Origin: Lytechinus pictus
Taxonomy: Eukaryota
Reading direction: 5' to 3'
Assembly (NCBI RefSeq): GCF_037042905.1
Contig: NC_087245.1
Coordinates: 10,480,001-10,544,000 of the forward strand
DNA: 64,000 nt
Shown here one piece after another: positions 12,006-24,850 of this stretch (position 1 is the first letter of the stretch; the number at the start of each line of letters is the position of its first letter). The notes under the pieces are model-generated. The model was not told the origin of the DNA. It made no database searches and saw nothing but the letters and a program-made list of their open reading frames with translations. The position numbers were made by a program, and so were the translations under genes.

Positions 12006-13688
12006 ACTCAATATAGGTCCATGCTATATGCGAATTATAGACCTACAGGTTATAAGTACTTGATTTTCTTCCACTCTGCCCACAAGGTGGCAGTGTTTAC
12101 TTTAATTGAAATACAATCTGTTTTCTACTGAGTTCAATGTATGCAGGTGAAAGGGCCTCCTTGATTTCCCAGGTTGGGATATGCCAAACAAACACAAATA
12201 AATCTACGATAACGTGCATACGAGTCTGCCATTGACCAAAAAAGGCGAGATTTTCATGATTCTATTTTTTTATGAAGTGGGGAAGGGGGGATGAGTTTTT
12301 TATGTACTGAATGATGATTTATGCTTGTAAAATTATGATTCAATTTATAATAAAAATTTTGTCATGATTTAACTATTCTAAGTTTAGACATTTTAAAATG
12401 CTGGAGTACTACGTGTTTACTCAGCATTATTTAGAATGAAATATGTAGCAGCTCTTTTACAATATATTTAAAAGATGAAAATTATAATACATATTATATA
12501 TACTGTATATATACAAATTTTCTTTTGAATGTATGGTCATTGGCTTCATACAATAGCACATATATGATTTTCTAAGATCAGAAATAATTCAAAATTTTCT
12601 TTACCATCAACTGTTGATGAGTTTAGTTCAGGCTTTATTCAACCAATGGTAAAATAATACACTAAAGGATGCATGTATAAGGAGAAATAAAATTTCCAAA
12701 ATAACACTCATTTTATACAAACATAAAAATAGTCTCCAACTTTCTCTCTTAGCTGTAAAGATCTATGTTACAGATCAACAGGTACTTAATTCACGATTTT
12801 GAGTGAATTTCAGAGTAATTCTGATCTTCACTACTGGCCCTAAGATCATTTAGATCGGCTGTGGTGAGTATCACAGACCAGAAATCCATTTTCAAGTCTC
12901 AAAGGATCTAAATTAAAATCTTTAAACTTTAAGTCAAAATTCAATCTAAATCAGCTGGTCTCTAGAATGCTACAGGCCTACATGATGATTGAATTCACAA
13001 ATGGCATTTACAAAAAGAAAGGAAAAGGAACAGGCCATTTTTTGAATCATCATTATTATTATTACTTTTTTTTTTTGGGGGGGGGGCTATTTTTCACAAC
13101 TTACTGCCTAAAATTTAGTAAATCTGCAACATTGGATAAGCTTTTAAACTGCAATGAATAAGGATGGCCCCACCCCTGTGTAATTTTTTCGTTATCCCTA
13201 GAAAGGCATCATTGGACTTCAGTGTGTTCAATATACACCTCAATGAGAAACAAAGCACAAGCATCTTATTTTTTATCTTTATTCTGCTCCAGAGAAGTTA
13301 TATAATTATATTTAGTGTCTCATCTACATCAAAATTAGCTCAGATTTAAAATTAACAATGTTCAATAAAAAAGAGTTAGAAAAAGAAAGAAAAGCTGATT
13401 CATTGCCCCAGTGCATTCTCAACTATTGACTCTCCCATTACTGTAATTGGCGTAGAGTGATTGCTATCACGCAACCCAAGTTCACATCATTTACCCCTGA
13501 CAACCAGATGGATGGTATCCTCAAGTAAGCTTGCTCAAATGAAAAAATGGCATAGGTTAAACTTGACCAGAGGCAAAATTCAGGATTCTTTATGCTTGCA
13601 TGCATCTTCTAGATATTTTCCTTCTTATGTTTATGTATAATTCTTGTCAACAGATGAAATAAAAGTAATTATTCATCACACCTATTAA

Positions 13689-14348
13689 CTCATTGAGTGC
13701 TTCGTGCACGCTACATATCCTACTATAACATGCCACACTCGTGCTCGCACGCCTACTATTGATTGCTTTGTGCTTGCATTGTTTCCTACCCTCGCCTGCT
13801 TCGTGCATGACTGCATGCGCACATTCGGAATTACAATCATTGTTACGCCGTTTTGCATTGTATTGCGCATCGCATGCACGTCGTAATTAGCACTATTGTG
13901 TGCAGTGCGAACTCTGCTTTCTGACAGATCAACTTACTCACGCGGTTTACATTCGACTTTTTCGAGTATTTCTAAATTTTTTACAAGATATGGCTCCGCC
14001 TCCGAGAGGGAAGAGACCTAGGTTTTTTGATCCATACAAAACACTCCACAAAATGGAACTACTTGATACAACTCATATTTTAGTGGTAAAGATAATAACC
14101 AATCGATATAATGAGGACACCATTATAAGAAGTATGAAATTTCCTACAACTTTACTAAACAATATTTTGTGGATAAACTAATCGTTAGAGAGTTACAAGC
14201 AATTGTAATCATGACTATTGAAAGGAGTGAATACGACTCGCGATCCCAAAATCAATGTGGCACAGGGGGGTTTTGTGGCTGGCACAGGTGATTAGCATCG
14301 GATTAGCACTGTGGCGTTGGGTTAGTAGTGTGTATGGCATGTTAAGAG
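13689..14348. mobile_element. Non-autonomous piggyBac-like element
   Basis: TTAA at 13685-13688 and 14349-14352; imperfect termini ctcattgagtgc / gcatgttaagag; CpG-rich interior sharply distinct from the flanks. Confidence 0.7.
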
Positions 14349-17277
14349 TTAAAGGCTGCAATCAATTGGTTTTTAGATAAATTTCTCTCCAAGTTCAAAG
14401 AAGGATGATAATGATGGCAATGCTAATTAAAATGTAAGAGACAGAAATGTCAGATGAATATTACACCCCTCTCCAATTAGGATCTTGAAATAATAATTCT
14501 TAAGGTGCCAGTGTCAGAAATTTTGAAACTTTCCCTTAGAAAAGGGGAAGTGGAAGAGATTGGAATAAGAACAGAACAGAAGAGTTAATGAAGAAAGTTT
14601 CCAAATACTCAAACAGAAATCTTACCAAAACTGATTGTAAGTTCATTAAAGGGGTAATTATTCGGTGAAAGAATTAGTAAGGACTATAATTGTCTTGCAG
14701 ATATCTCAGTAAAAAACCCTTGCAACTCATTAAACAGGCAATTATTAATGAAAGATAAAGGACTTAGCATTTCAAAAACTATCTTTTTGCAACCATAATG
14801 CATGTCCTCCTGCTTTTTACATATTGCACCACTTTCATTGTACATGCGCTTTTGATCATATACATGTACTGTATCATAATATAATAATTATGAATTTAAA
14901 CAAATTTCAAAATAAATTCAAGAAAAAGTCATTTGAAACGTAAGGAGTAAATTAAAAAGAGTGAAAATGAATTATGGAGTATAGATAATGAGATCGAACC
15001 AATGGACAATGAAATCACACATTCTTGTTAAGCTTCACTTTAACATATCTTAAAGGAAAATCAAGATGAAACTGCTTTATCCATGAAAAATGATCAAATC
15101 ACATGTAGATCAAGCACACTGTAATGTGGATAGTGTGCAGACTGGAATTATGTTAAATCCACTGCCAATCTACATCTAACTAGCAACATAGCAGTAGCAT
15201 TTTCAGAATACCACTTTATTTTTTTATCCCTCTCACGTGGATATGTCATAGACTGTTGGTATTGAGTATGGTTTAATCAAGCAACAACTAATGAAGGAAA
15301 AACCAATAACATCACATTGAATTTATCTCAGGTGGAAATCATCGCTTCAAACAGGAAATTAAAAGGAGAGACGAGAATCTTGGCTTTTGCATTGGTAAGA
15401 TTTCTTCCATTCTTTTCAAAGTCTGGTCCCTTTTAAGGTCAAGGAGATTTTAAAAGTAACAAAAGACTTGGTAAGTGATATTGAGTGTAAAATGAACAGA
15501 TTGTACCAGGCAGAGCAGTGGGGGAGTAGAATATAGATAGAAGGGGGGGGGGGGGAAGAAGTGAAAGATAGGGGAGGGGAGCTGGTAGACAGGGTGGGGG
15601 GTACATATAGATATAGAGGGAGAGACAGAAGAAGAATGGATGATTCATAGAAGGAATTTCTTTTCAAATAATGCTGAAAAAATATCATTTATCTCAGGTA
15701 GATGGTAACATACTTTAATACACGGGCCAAAGTGCATAAAGGTCAGCAAGGGCCTTCATAATGCCATGCCCTCTCTGTTCTGATCCTGAACATGCAATTA
15801 AGCTCCTTTTCAACAAACCAATCAAGATTTAAGCACTTCATTGTGTTTGTTTGAAATGTTATTTGAGAGTGAAAAGGGCTCCCATTTCAATGATTGTTCC
15901 TCTAGGCATTTTTAACTTGCATGGTACACTCATTTTTAATGGATATAAGTGAAATTTCAAATTACTTCACCATGGCACCTCGCACTGAAACACAGAAATT
16001 TTTTCATCCCAGGATAGCTTTGAATCTGCTGAAAGGGAACACTCTTCAAGGTTCAAGGTCCACTTAATCTCTTATTGCTTTACTCATCAATTACAATGAT
16101 GTGATTACATGAAATTAATGTTAATGTAGTATATTTTTATGTGAAGTTTGTTCATACAATGATCATGCAATAAACAAGTTCCACAAGTTAGAACTTTTTG
16201 AGGAAGACAATAGAATTTAGTCTTTAATAATGTTTGACATCTTTTCTAGTATTTCTACCATTTCGAACTTGGATGATGTCAGAAAAACAGAAAATCTACG
16301 AGGTAACAGCTCAAGAAAATCTAAATTACAGTTACACCAGTCTAACTGAACATAAGATAATTTACCAGACAGAGTATTGGGTTAAGAGTGTGAGGGTTAC
16401 TCTCGTCACAGACAAAAGGCCGATCACGACACTGCAAACAGATTGCGATAACATAAGTGAAAATTGCTGATATCAATAATCATTGCTGGGAAGAGAATTC
16501 GTAGTGAGAATCAGTTCATTTATAAATGAGCTGGAAACCCCAAACCCTAAAACCATTCAATATATCTGTAATGTGGCTGGATGTAGAAGAGCAAGGGTTT
16601 ACACAATGCACTAGACTAATATCAGTAATCTTAGGTAGATGATAACATACTTCATTTCACCGAGTTAAGTTCTAAAAGGTCATCAAAGGTGTTTATGATG
16701 TAGAGGCTTGATTATACACTGTCTGTTCATAAAAAAATTGTATTTGCTGTTACTTAATCATAAAAAGTGCATCCAGAGAAGCCTACACACTAATTACTGA
16801 TTTAAAAGCTACAATTTACCACAAACTTTGAACCATTTTAATTCCCAGTATTCCAGTATGATTATTTCAATGTATATACACTTTTTTCATCACATATTTA
16901 GAATTTTTCGAGCAAAATAAAGAGGCATTTACATCCGTTGAAACTTACAAAGGGTACTTCCAAAAGCATACAACAAATTTTTACTTTCATTTTTTCAAAT
17001 GAATGTATATTTAAACATTTTAGCAAGTTTGTTTGAATATTTAAGGGAAGAAATAATAAAAGTAATAATAATTAATTATGATATTCAGGGTTGTTAGTAT
17101 AAAGCAACCCTAAATATTTCAGATTTTGGTCCTCATTTTGTAAGTATTTTTCTTTTGTTTAGAGGAGGGGGGGGGGGGGTTAGGCTTCAGGCTTCTGAAG
17201 AAAATGAAATTAGCAGATCGAAGAAGGCACTATCAAGTTTAAGTATCTACATGTATCTGCTAAAAAATTCAACTTAC

Positions 17278-17514
17278 CCTGATGCCAGCATGACTTAAAG
17301 GACGCCTTCTGATATAGTCATCCTTACTCCTTCTACGATCAAGCTCTTCTATGATGTCATTGGACGGCATGATGTCATTGGCCGAAGATAACCTCTTGAC
17401 CTGTGGATGTGGGCGTGGCTCTTTGGATGATTTGTTTGATTTGTTCAGAAGTAGGTTGACTGTGTCTGGTGAGAGGGGGAGTGCTGCTGGGCTGGGCAGG
17501 GAGGAATCTGATCT
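17278..17514 (-). CDS. Internal coding exon (237 nt, phase 0-0) of an unidentified minus-strand gene; Ser/Pro/Arg-rich, probably disordered segment RSDSSLPSPAALPLSPDTVNLLLNKSNKSSKEPRPHPQVKRLSSANDIMPSNDIIEELDRRRSKDDYIRRRPLSHAGIR
   Basis: On the minus strand a strong polypyrimidine tract and acceptor (tcatttcttttcttctctcctttctcttttacag) precede 17514 and a consensus donor AGG|gtaagt follows 17278. Length is 79 codons; only this frame is open (the other two contain TGA). GC is clearly above the flanks. Lies within ORF 17269..17568(-). Confidence 0.82.
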
Positions 17515-18656
17515 CTGTAAAAGAGAAAGGAGAGAAGAAAAGAAATGATTCAAAAGAGGGAAATACAAAGGAACAGAATTAAAAGTACTTTCCTCTGTTT
17601 CTGTTTAATCTATGAAGGGTTTAAATCATCGTGTACCTGAATGTAATTACAGTTAGGAGAAAATATATTTCATTCATTTTAGATGTGGGGTTAAATCATA
17701 CAAGATGCACAGCCACTCTCCCCCACAAAGAAAAATACACCCCCAAAACAACAACAACAAATTAGCTTCTACATTAAAACACCCTGAAGCAGATTTAAGT
17801 TAAAGAAATTACCCACAATTTTAGCAGGGCAATGGCAGTTTCTCTGTCTGAGCTTTAGACCAAAACCTTTTTTGCAAAGTGAGTGGAATATTCCTGAGCG
17901 AAAAGCTTGATGGATTATTCACTTTAACAGGGAAAATAAAATAGTAATAAACAAAGAAAAAATATCTGTACTTCAAAGATTGGGTTGGAACTTCATAAAT
18001 ATTTCATTTCCTGATTGGAAAGTATAATGGATAATGCTGATTAAAAGGATAACACTGCCAGATTGCTCCTGATGAGATCTGATTCAATTTCCTAGAATTA
18101 TCATGAGAATTCTTAAAACAAAATCCCATGAGTATAATGGGGAAAGGAGAGCAATCCATCCTACAAGTCAACCCCCCCCCCCAAAAAAAAAGAATAAAAA
18201 AACCAAGACAATTATTTTGAAATGAATCATGCCGCTAAAAGCTATCAATTCTGACACTGAACTTTACTCAAGAGCTGAGGATGCTTAAAGTTTCAGGTTA
18301 CTGTGAACAAAGTGATTCACAACAATTTTTGTGACAACCCCACTCTACTTTATAGAAATACATCAGGTATATCTCTGTATAATCCCTTTTATTATTTTAC
18401 AGGTATCCTTTACAGCTAAATTATTACATATTTTATATCACTTCTTTAATAATATCTCTCTGTTGCAAAGAAAAACATGTTAATATTGATTTCCTTTGCA
18501 GTATATCACACAGGATATCATTTGACATACATGGTAAAGCAGCAATTGTTGCAATTGATTGACAGTGTCATAGTTTTTTTTTTCTATTACATACATGTAC
18601 CAGTTGTGCGTGAAGTCATTCGTATCTTACAGACAGCTTTAAGAAACACCCACCTA

Positions 18657-18781
18657 GGTCCTGTAACACAAAGATTAGCGATTAATCCTACATTTTTCAT
18701 GATTGATTGTACATTGTAGTCAATGCAATCAATTGTAGAACAATTTTCTACGATCATTGCTAAGCTTTGTATTACGGCCCC
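18657..18781. mobile_element. Short MITE
   Basis: ggtcctgtaacacaaagattagcgat ... attgctaagctttgtattacggccc imperfect TIRs. Confidence 0.75.
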
Positions 18782-21700
18782 CAGGTATGTAATAGAAAAA
18801 AAAACCTATGACGCTTTCAATCTAACAATTGCTGCTTTACCATTATGTAAAATGAAATCCTTTAAATCAGCATTATCCATTTAATTTCCAATCAGGAAAT
18901 TGAATATTTATGAAGTTCCAACCCAATTTTCGAAGTACAGATATTTTTCATTATTTATTACGATTTTCATTTTCTCTGTGAAATTGAATAATCCATCAAG
19001 CTTTAAACCCACATAACTATCAAATACATTTTTACAACAGCTTACCTTTCTACATTTATAAACAGAAATTATGTGCTGTAAATTATATCTTCCTCTCAAT
19101 GAATCATTCAATATCATACTAAATCATCATCTACATGTATATACTACAGCACTGATTCCACAGTCATAATAATCGAGAGACATCTTACATGAATTCAATT
19201 ACTCTGACAGCATTTCAAATCTCCTGGGAGATTGGCACTTCCATATCTCCAAGCTCAAACATATCTATTGCGTTTTCCTTCAGAAATGTTCCCTACAAGA
19301 CCATTCAGATAGATGGCAAGATTCAGCTGATGACTCTGTTTACGCCTGTGACAGGCGGTCGGTTGGAATCCGCCAGATATTGGAGAAATGTCTACCAAGT
19401 CAATGAATACAGCGGGAGGGAAGATAATGGGAGAGAGGCATGAAGCAGAGCGTGATAAGTCTGGTTATGGATGGCAGGGTTAAGCTATGCTGCAGGCTGC
19501 TCCAATCTGGGCTGTATTCAAGTAACAAACTTTTCACCCTACAGCCACGTTCATCAAAGATGTTAAAACCATTAAGGCTGAAGCTAATTTTCATTCATCA
19601 TAAAAATGCCACTGTTTTCAACACAATCATAAACTGCAAAAAATGTGCATTCTGCTGCAAAATCATGACTAAAAATCACTCTAATAGAACAGATATCTCC
19701 ATCATGGTTTCTATGATATTACAGTGGTCATCCAGTAATATTTCCATGTTGATCTATATTCAATAATTCTGTAGAATATGGAATGCAGTGTGTGGACTTG
19801 AAATGAGAGAGAATCAGCTTTGAATTTTGAATACATTATGACTTTCCTTATTTGTGATTCTGGCGAGAGAAAACAACTAGAACACACCCATGAACGCATC
19901 CAAAACTACATTTTCCCATTTTACGGCATCGTTAAAATTTAATGTCCTTCAGAACGCTATTAGATAGCACTTAGCACCTACATCAGCATGGAATACTTAC
20001 TAAGCTTTCATAGGCAATTGAGTTTCATACACGTAAGTACCTACTCGCCCTCACATTAAGAAACAAAGATGTATTTGGTTGAAAAGAAAGCGATCAATCG
20101 TTTTATCCTTTTTTTATTATTCGTGGAGTGTTCTACATGTACATGGAAAAGTATTAATGGTAATTTGGTGCTCGTGGAACAAAATATGTACATGTAATCA
20201 ATAACAATTGCACAAATCACTTAGAAAATAATAATTTACATAAATGATGTTAATTTGCAGATGCAGGAGTACAGGTTGGCCAAGTAAAACTGTAATTATA
20301 AGAATGGAACAGCAAAAATATATTGCTATGAAGGCAAATGCAAAAAAAAGTAATGTACATCTGGCATAAATTGTCCATATAATGTTTTCTACTCACTGCC
20401 AAGCATGTGAACTGTTCTCACTTCCTGAAAAAAGTCAATTGACCACTACAAAATAATGCTTGCCAGTACAATAATCAGAAAATTCTCCTTAGCAAAGAGA
20501 CGTTGAGACAAAGTTAATGTATCTGTATGTATGACATATTGCAGAGAAAGACAATTAGTGCAGCACTTAGCATGATTCTCTTTCAGGGGCTGTGGAGATT
20601 TTGAAATGGCGTGTGCATGGGGGGGGGGGGGGGGGTGCATGATCATGCAAAAAAACAAACCAACACAAGCAGAGGGTAATTTATATATATTTGTACACAT
20701 TTCAGCCCCCCCTTCTGCAGCCCCTTTTTTGGCGCTAATAGTAATAGGAAAAAGAATTTCCCTTCACATTTGCAATGCTATAAGCAATTACAGCAATGCG
20801 TTTACCATGGATGTACTGTACTATACTTTTCCCTTGGTAAACCATGATGGATCTAGGAAAGGACTTATCACGGGTCCGAGTGAAGCAAACAAAACATGCT
20901 TTTAATTCTCTAACCTTCATATTACTAATTGCATATTGTTAGAAAAGGGGGTGAGGTCAAGACATAAGAGCAGATGTTCAATAGATACATATGTACGTAA
21001 TTACAACTTGCGAAGATTAATTATAAATATTTGACACCAATTATGTTTTAGATGAAAAGAGGGAGAGAGAGAGAGAGAGAGAGATGATTCATTACATGTC
21101 ATACAAAAGTATGATAAAAATCATATTTCTATCTTTGGTCTGTTGATATTCAAATTGCTTTCTGCAAGATGACAGAGATGCATTGATGTAAAAAACAATC
21201 CGAAAATGTCAAACCCCAAATTATCTTCCTTGCCTATATTCTTTTACATTTCATCTTTCTCTTTCTCTCTCTCTCTTGCTCTGTCTCACTTTCCCTCATC
21301 TTTTGTTCTCTTTCTCCATCATGACCTCTCCACCAAAAGATATGCATTGCTCTTTGAAAAAAAAATTGCACAAAATATGACAGATCAGAAAAAAAATTAT
21401 GCTAAATGGTACTGTCCAGTCTCCACAGGCTGAAGCCATGATTCCTTGCTTTTAACAATTTGACACATAAAACCTGCCAATCTCCAGAGAAATCTACTGC
21501 CTGTTGGCTAGATTTGTCAAATCAGTTGCATGTTTGTAGCATGATGCTGAACAAATGTAAAGAGCAAAATTATCACAGTGAGTATTATGGATTAGTTGAA
21601 ATCAGACATGGAAAAGCAGATATTTTCCCAAATTAAGAAAATCTTGTTTTAAATTCATTAAATATCAGTATTTAGTGTGCTAAAACCAGAAGTTTTGATA

Positions 21701-24350
21701 TGCTTTTTAAATAAAGGTGACGATTCCCAGACTCTAAGAGGGCATGCCGGATGTATCTTTCTTGATAAATACAGTGAACTTCAGTGTCTTTTTTGCATGT
21801 GCAAACAATTCCATTAATTTATTTGTCTGGTTAAGCTGAATTGGGCAGACTCTCTATTTTGACCAACTGGTAGTCAGACTTTGACCATCTATCAGTGTTT
21901 CAATCATTGGTCAACACTTTACCCCAAAATTGTTCACATTTTTTGTCCAACCTTTTCAACAGAGGACCAATTTTGGTTAAAAATGTAATTAGTAGATCAT
22001 TGTAAAACACTTTTTCCCAAAAACTTTATTAACAAGATATTTTTTAAAAGTTTGCTGTCAGAATAACTCACACTCCTTTTTTTTTTTTTTTTTTTTTTTT
22101 TGGGGGGGGGGCTATCAGCCATTAATAAAATCTGTAGTTACATTGACAAGTGAAACACTCATTTGTCTCATTCAATTATGAAAATGTAAACACTATTTCA
22201 AAGAAATAGAAATATGTTAATCCTCAGGTAATCAATTTGGTTTGAGGAATAATATGAAATTTTGGCACCTTTTTGTTTCTTTCTTGGAATTCAGATGCTG
22301 CATGAAATATGTATCAGGTATGAAAGAGGAGACTCCAAGCTCTAAGACAATTTGCCATTTACTACAAATATTCAGGATTGAGATTTAAATGGCATAAAAC
22401 AAAAATGATTCTCTTTTTTTTTCTGGGATGTGTTGTAAATAAAGAATTGCAAATTTTTTTTTTCAGGGTAGATTAAAGCTTTTCAAGCAATATGGTAAAA
22501 CAAAGGCCATGTATGATTTTCCATAGAGATGGAACTTCTTATTTGTTCAGACAAGCCTGACACTTTTATTCTAAAATCAAATGACTTATTTTGTATTCCC
22601 AGTGTAATTTTGGTCACGTCCTTCACCATGACGATGAATTTCCATATCGTCATAGGGAGATGTAACCTAAGCCTCAATGCCTGAATTAGGTGAGGCCTCT
22701 TAGTTTCACACTATCACTCATTTTCTCTCTCTTGGGTATGTTCCAACACTATAGACTAAAGAAATATATAAAAAAGCTAGTTCACTGACAATTTATAACT
22801 TCCCTGATCATTCCTTACATGCGCCCGCAAACCATTGTATATTCACAGCATACTGCTAAATCACCTTGTATAATTGATTTTTTTCCCATCATAGACTTTC
22901 ATTAATTATAATGAGAAGAAAAGAAAGGAATGGTTTTTATATTGATCACAAAAGCATACTTGATCTGTCAAAAATAATTACAAAATACATTGTTATACAA
23001 TTACATGTAGGTTTCAATTTTGTTTTGTATCTTAAAAGACACCATTAGATGTGTTCTTGTTCTACATTCACATCTTCCTTAGATCAATACAAATCATTCA
23101 GGAGCCTGTTGTACGACCAGGTGTAATCAATTATAATTCCAAGAATAACCAACAATTCAAAGAATAACACAATAGGGACTTTAATAGGTGTAATAACATT
23201 TTTGAAAATTTTGACAGTAAACTCTTCCTGCCATGGGGCCTAGATTAAAATTAGTGTGACCATCCAAAATATAAAAAGAGAAAGATGGTTGGTGGGAATA
23301 GATGAATCTAAAATCTTGTCCGATATAGGCAAGCTTCAAATTCGCAGACAAATAATGCAGAATTTGCATATTCTGGTCTGTTCTAAACGAAGTCCTATTG
23401 AGTGGTCTTAAATTTGAATTGAAATACTAGATAATTCATTGAGTTGAATACCATATTTTCTGAGTAACAAGCTGTGAATGGATATAGCAATGTCAGTCAT
23501 GATGGGGAATACAAAATACATTAATTGTGCCTCTTGGGAACGAAAATATGTGCAGGGGTGATGGAGAAACGGATGCATGCGTATTTTTGGCACATTGATG
23601 TACTTCATGTATTATGCATGTATCCTCTACAGAACTCTCAGTGGGGATGGGATAAGAACTACAAAATACAATTCCTATAGAGTAAAAAAAATATCTCAAA
23701 ATATGGTATGGGCTTGAGTTTAACTCAAATGCTAGTAACTAGTGGTTCAGTACATCTGTTGGGGCACATTTTTTTGGGTTTCTTTTCATGTGTATGTATA
23801 CACCGTGTAGTATTCTTGGTGTGTATACCAATGGATTCTCCTCTTGGGAAGTTGGGAAAATAAATCACACACTTCTAAATAATCTGGAGAGAGATATAAA
23901 AACACCACAACAAAGAAATGAAAAATACAAGAAACAATGATGTTTTAGCTTGTGGAAATGAAGAGCAAGTATAGGGTAACTAGATGCATGTCAATCTTCA
24001 TGCTTGGGGGGGGGGGGGTTCTGTACCAGAAAATCAATACAGTCAAGGACGGGGAACAGGAATGTACAAGAATGGTACCTCGCCAATCCCAGGAGTCTTC
24101 AATATTCATTATTATTCTTCAAAGACGGCATTGATTTAAGCAGAGCACATGCAACTTCCATCAAAGAGATCATGAATATGTATTAATCAATACACCATGG
24201 ATGTTGAAATGCAAATTCATAATTTTATTTCCACATCTCTAACAAGATCAAGATACAATGCTTTGAGACTCAAATCAATCAAATATCTCATTCAACAGCA
24301 GATAATGGTAGTAATAGTGCTCTCAAATATAGAAAAATAACTTATCTGTA

Positions 24351-24601
24351 GTTTCTGTTTCTGTTTATGGTAACTCCCGTGGAACTCGGCAGGACAGCAG
24401 TTTGCTGGTAAACGCCAAGCTGGTATATAACCAATTACCTAGGAAACATTTTAAGTCTAGGTTAATCAGTCATGATGGCTAACCTTATAGGCGAAAGATA
24501 TTACTCTCGGGCCTCTTTATCAAAGTGGAGACAATAGCAAAGTGGGGATTCAAACTCACAACCTTGCGATTATGAGTCCAATGCTCTAACCACTGGACCA
24601 C
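24351..24601 (-). mobile_element. tRNA-derived SINE (tRNA-Met-like head)
   Basis: Minus strand gtggtccagtggttagagcattggactcataatcgcaaggttgtgagtttgaatcccc has an A box, a CAT anticodon loop and a degenerate B box; unrelated body ending in an aaacagaaacag tail. Confidence 0.75.
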
Positions 24602-24850
24602 ATAGTGATCTAGTAAGCAAGTCTCCAGACTGTGAATCATATAGGGCAAGGGTTCAAATCCACGATGGGGATGATACCTTTCTGCTGATACATTAATCCA
24701 CACTTGACCCAGGTAATGTTAATAAGTGTCTTTCAGGAATTTATCCTGCTTGGTTGCTATGCCAGGAAGCCAAGATAAGTATTGTGAAATACCGGAAGTG
24801 TCTGAGAGTCATGTTTGCTGCATTAACCCACTTCTGGTATCATTATTAAT
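24601..24850 (+). mobile_element. Degenerate tRNA-derived SINE
   Basis: A-box-like tagtgatctagt, B box ggttcaaatcc at 24651, then a cattaatccacacttgacccagg core; 3' boundary uncertain. Confidence 0.55.

Noticed and set aside
13685..14181. ORFs inside the piggyBac-like element as a transposase
   Set aside because: Too short, no DDD motif or recognisable similarity.
17351..17548. Plus-strand 65-aa ORF
   Set aside because: Antisense shadow of the minus-strand exon.
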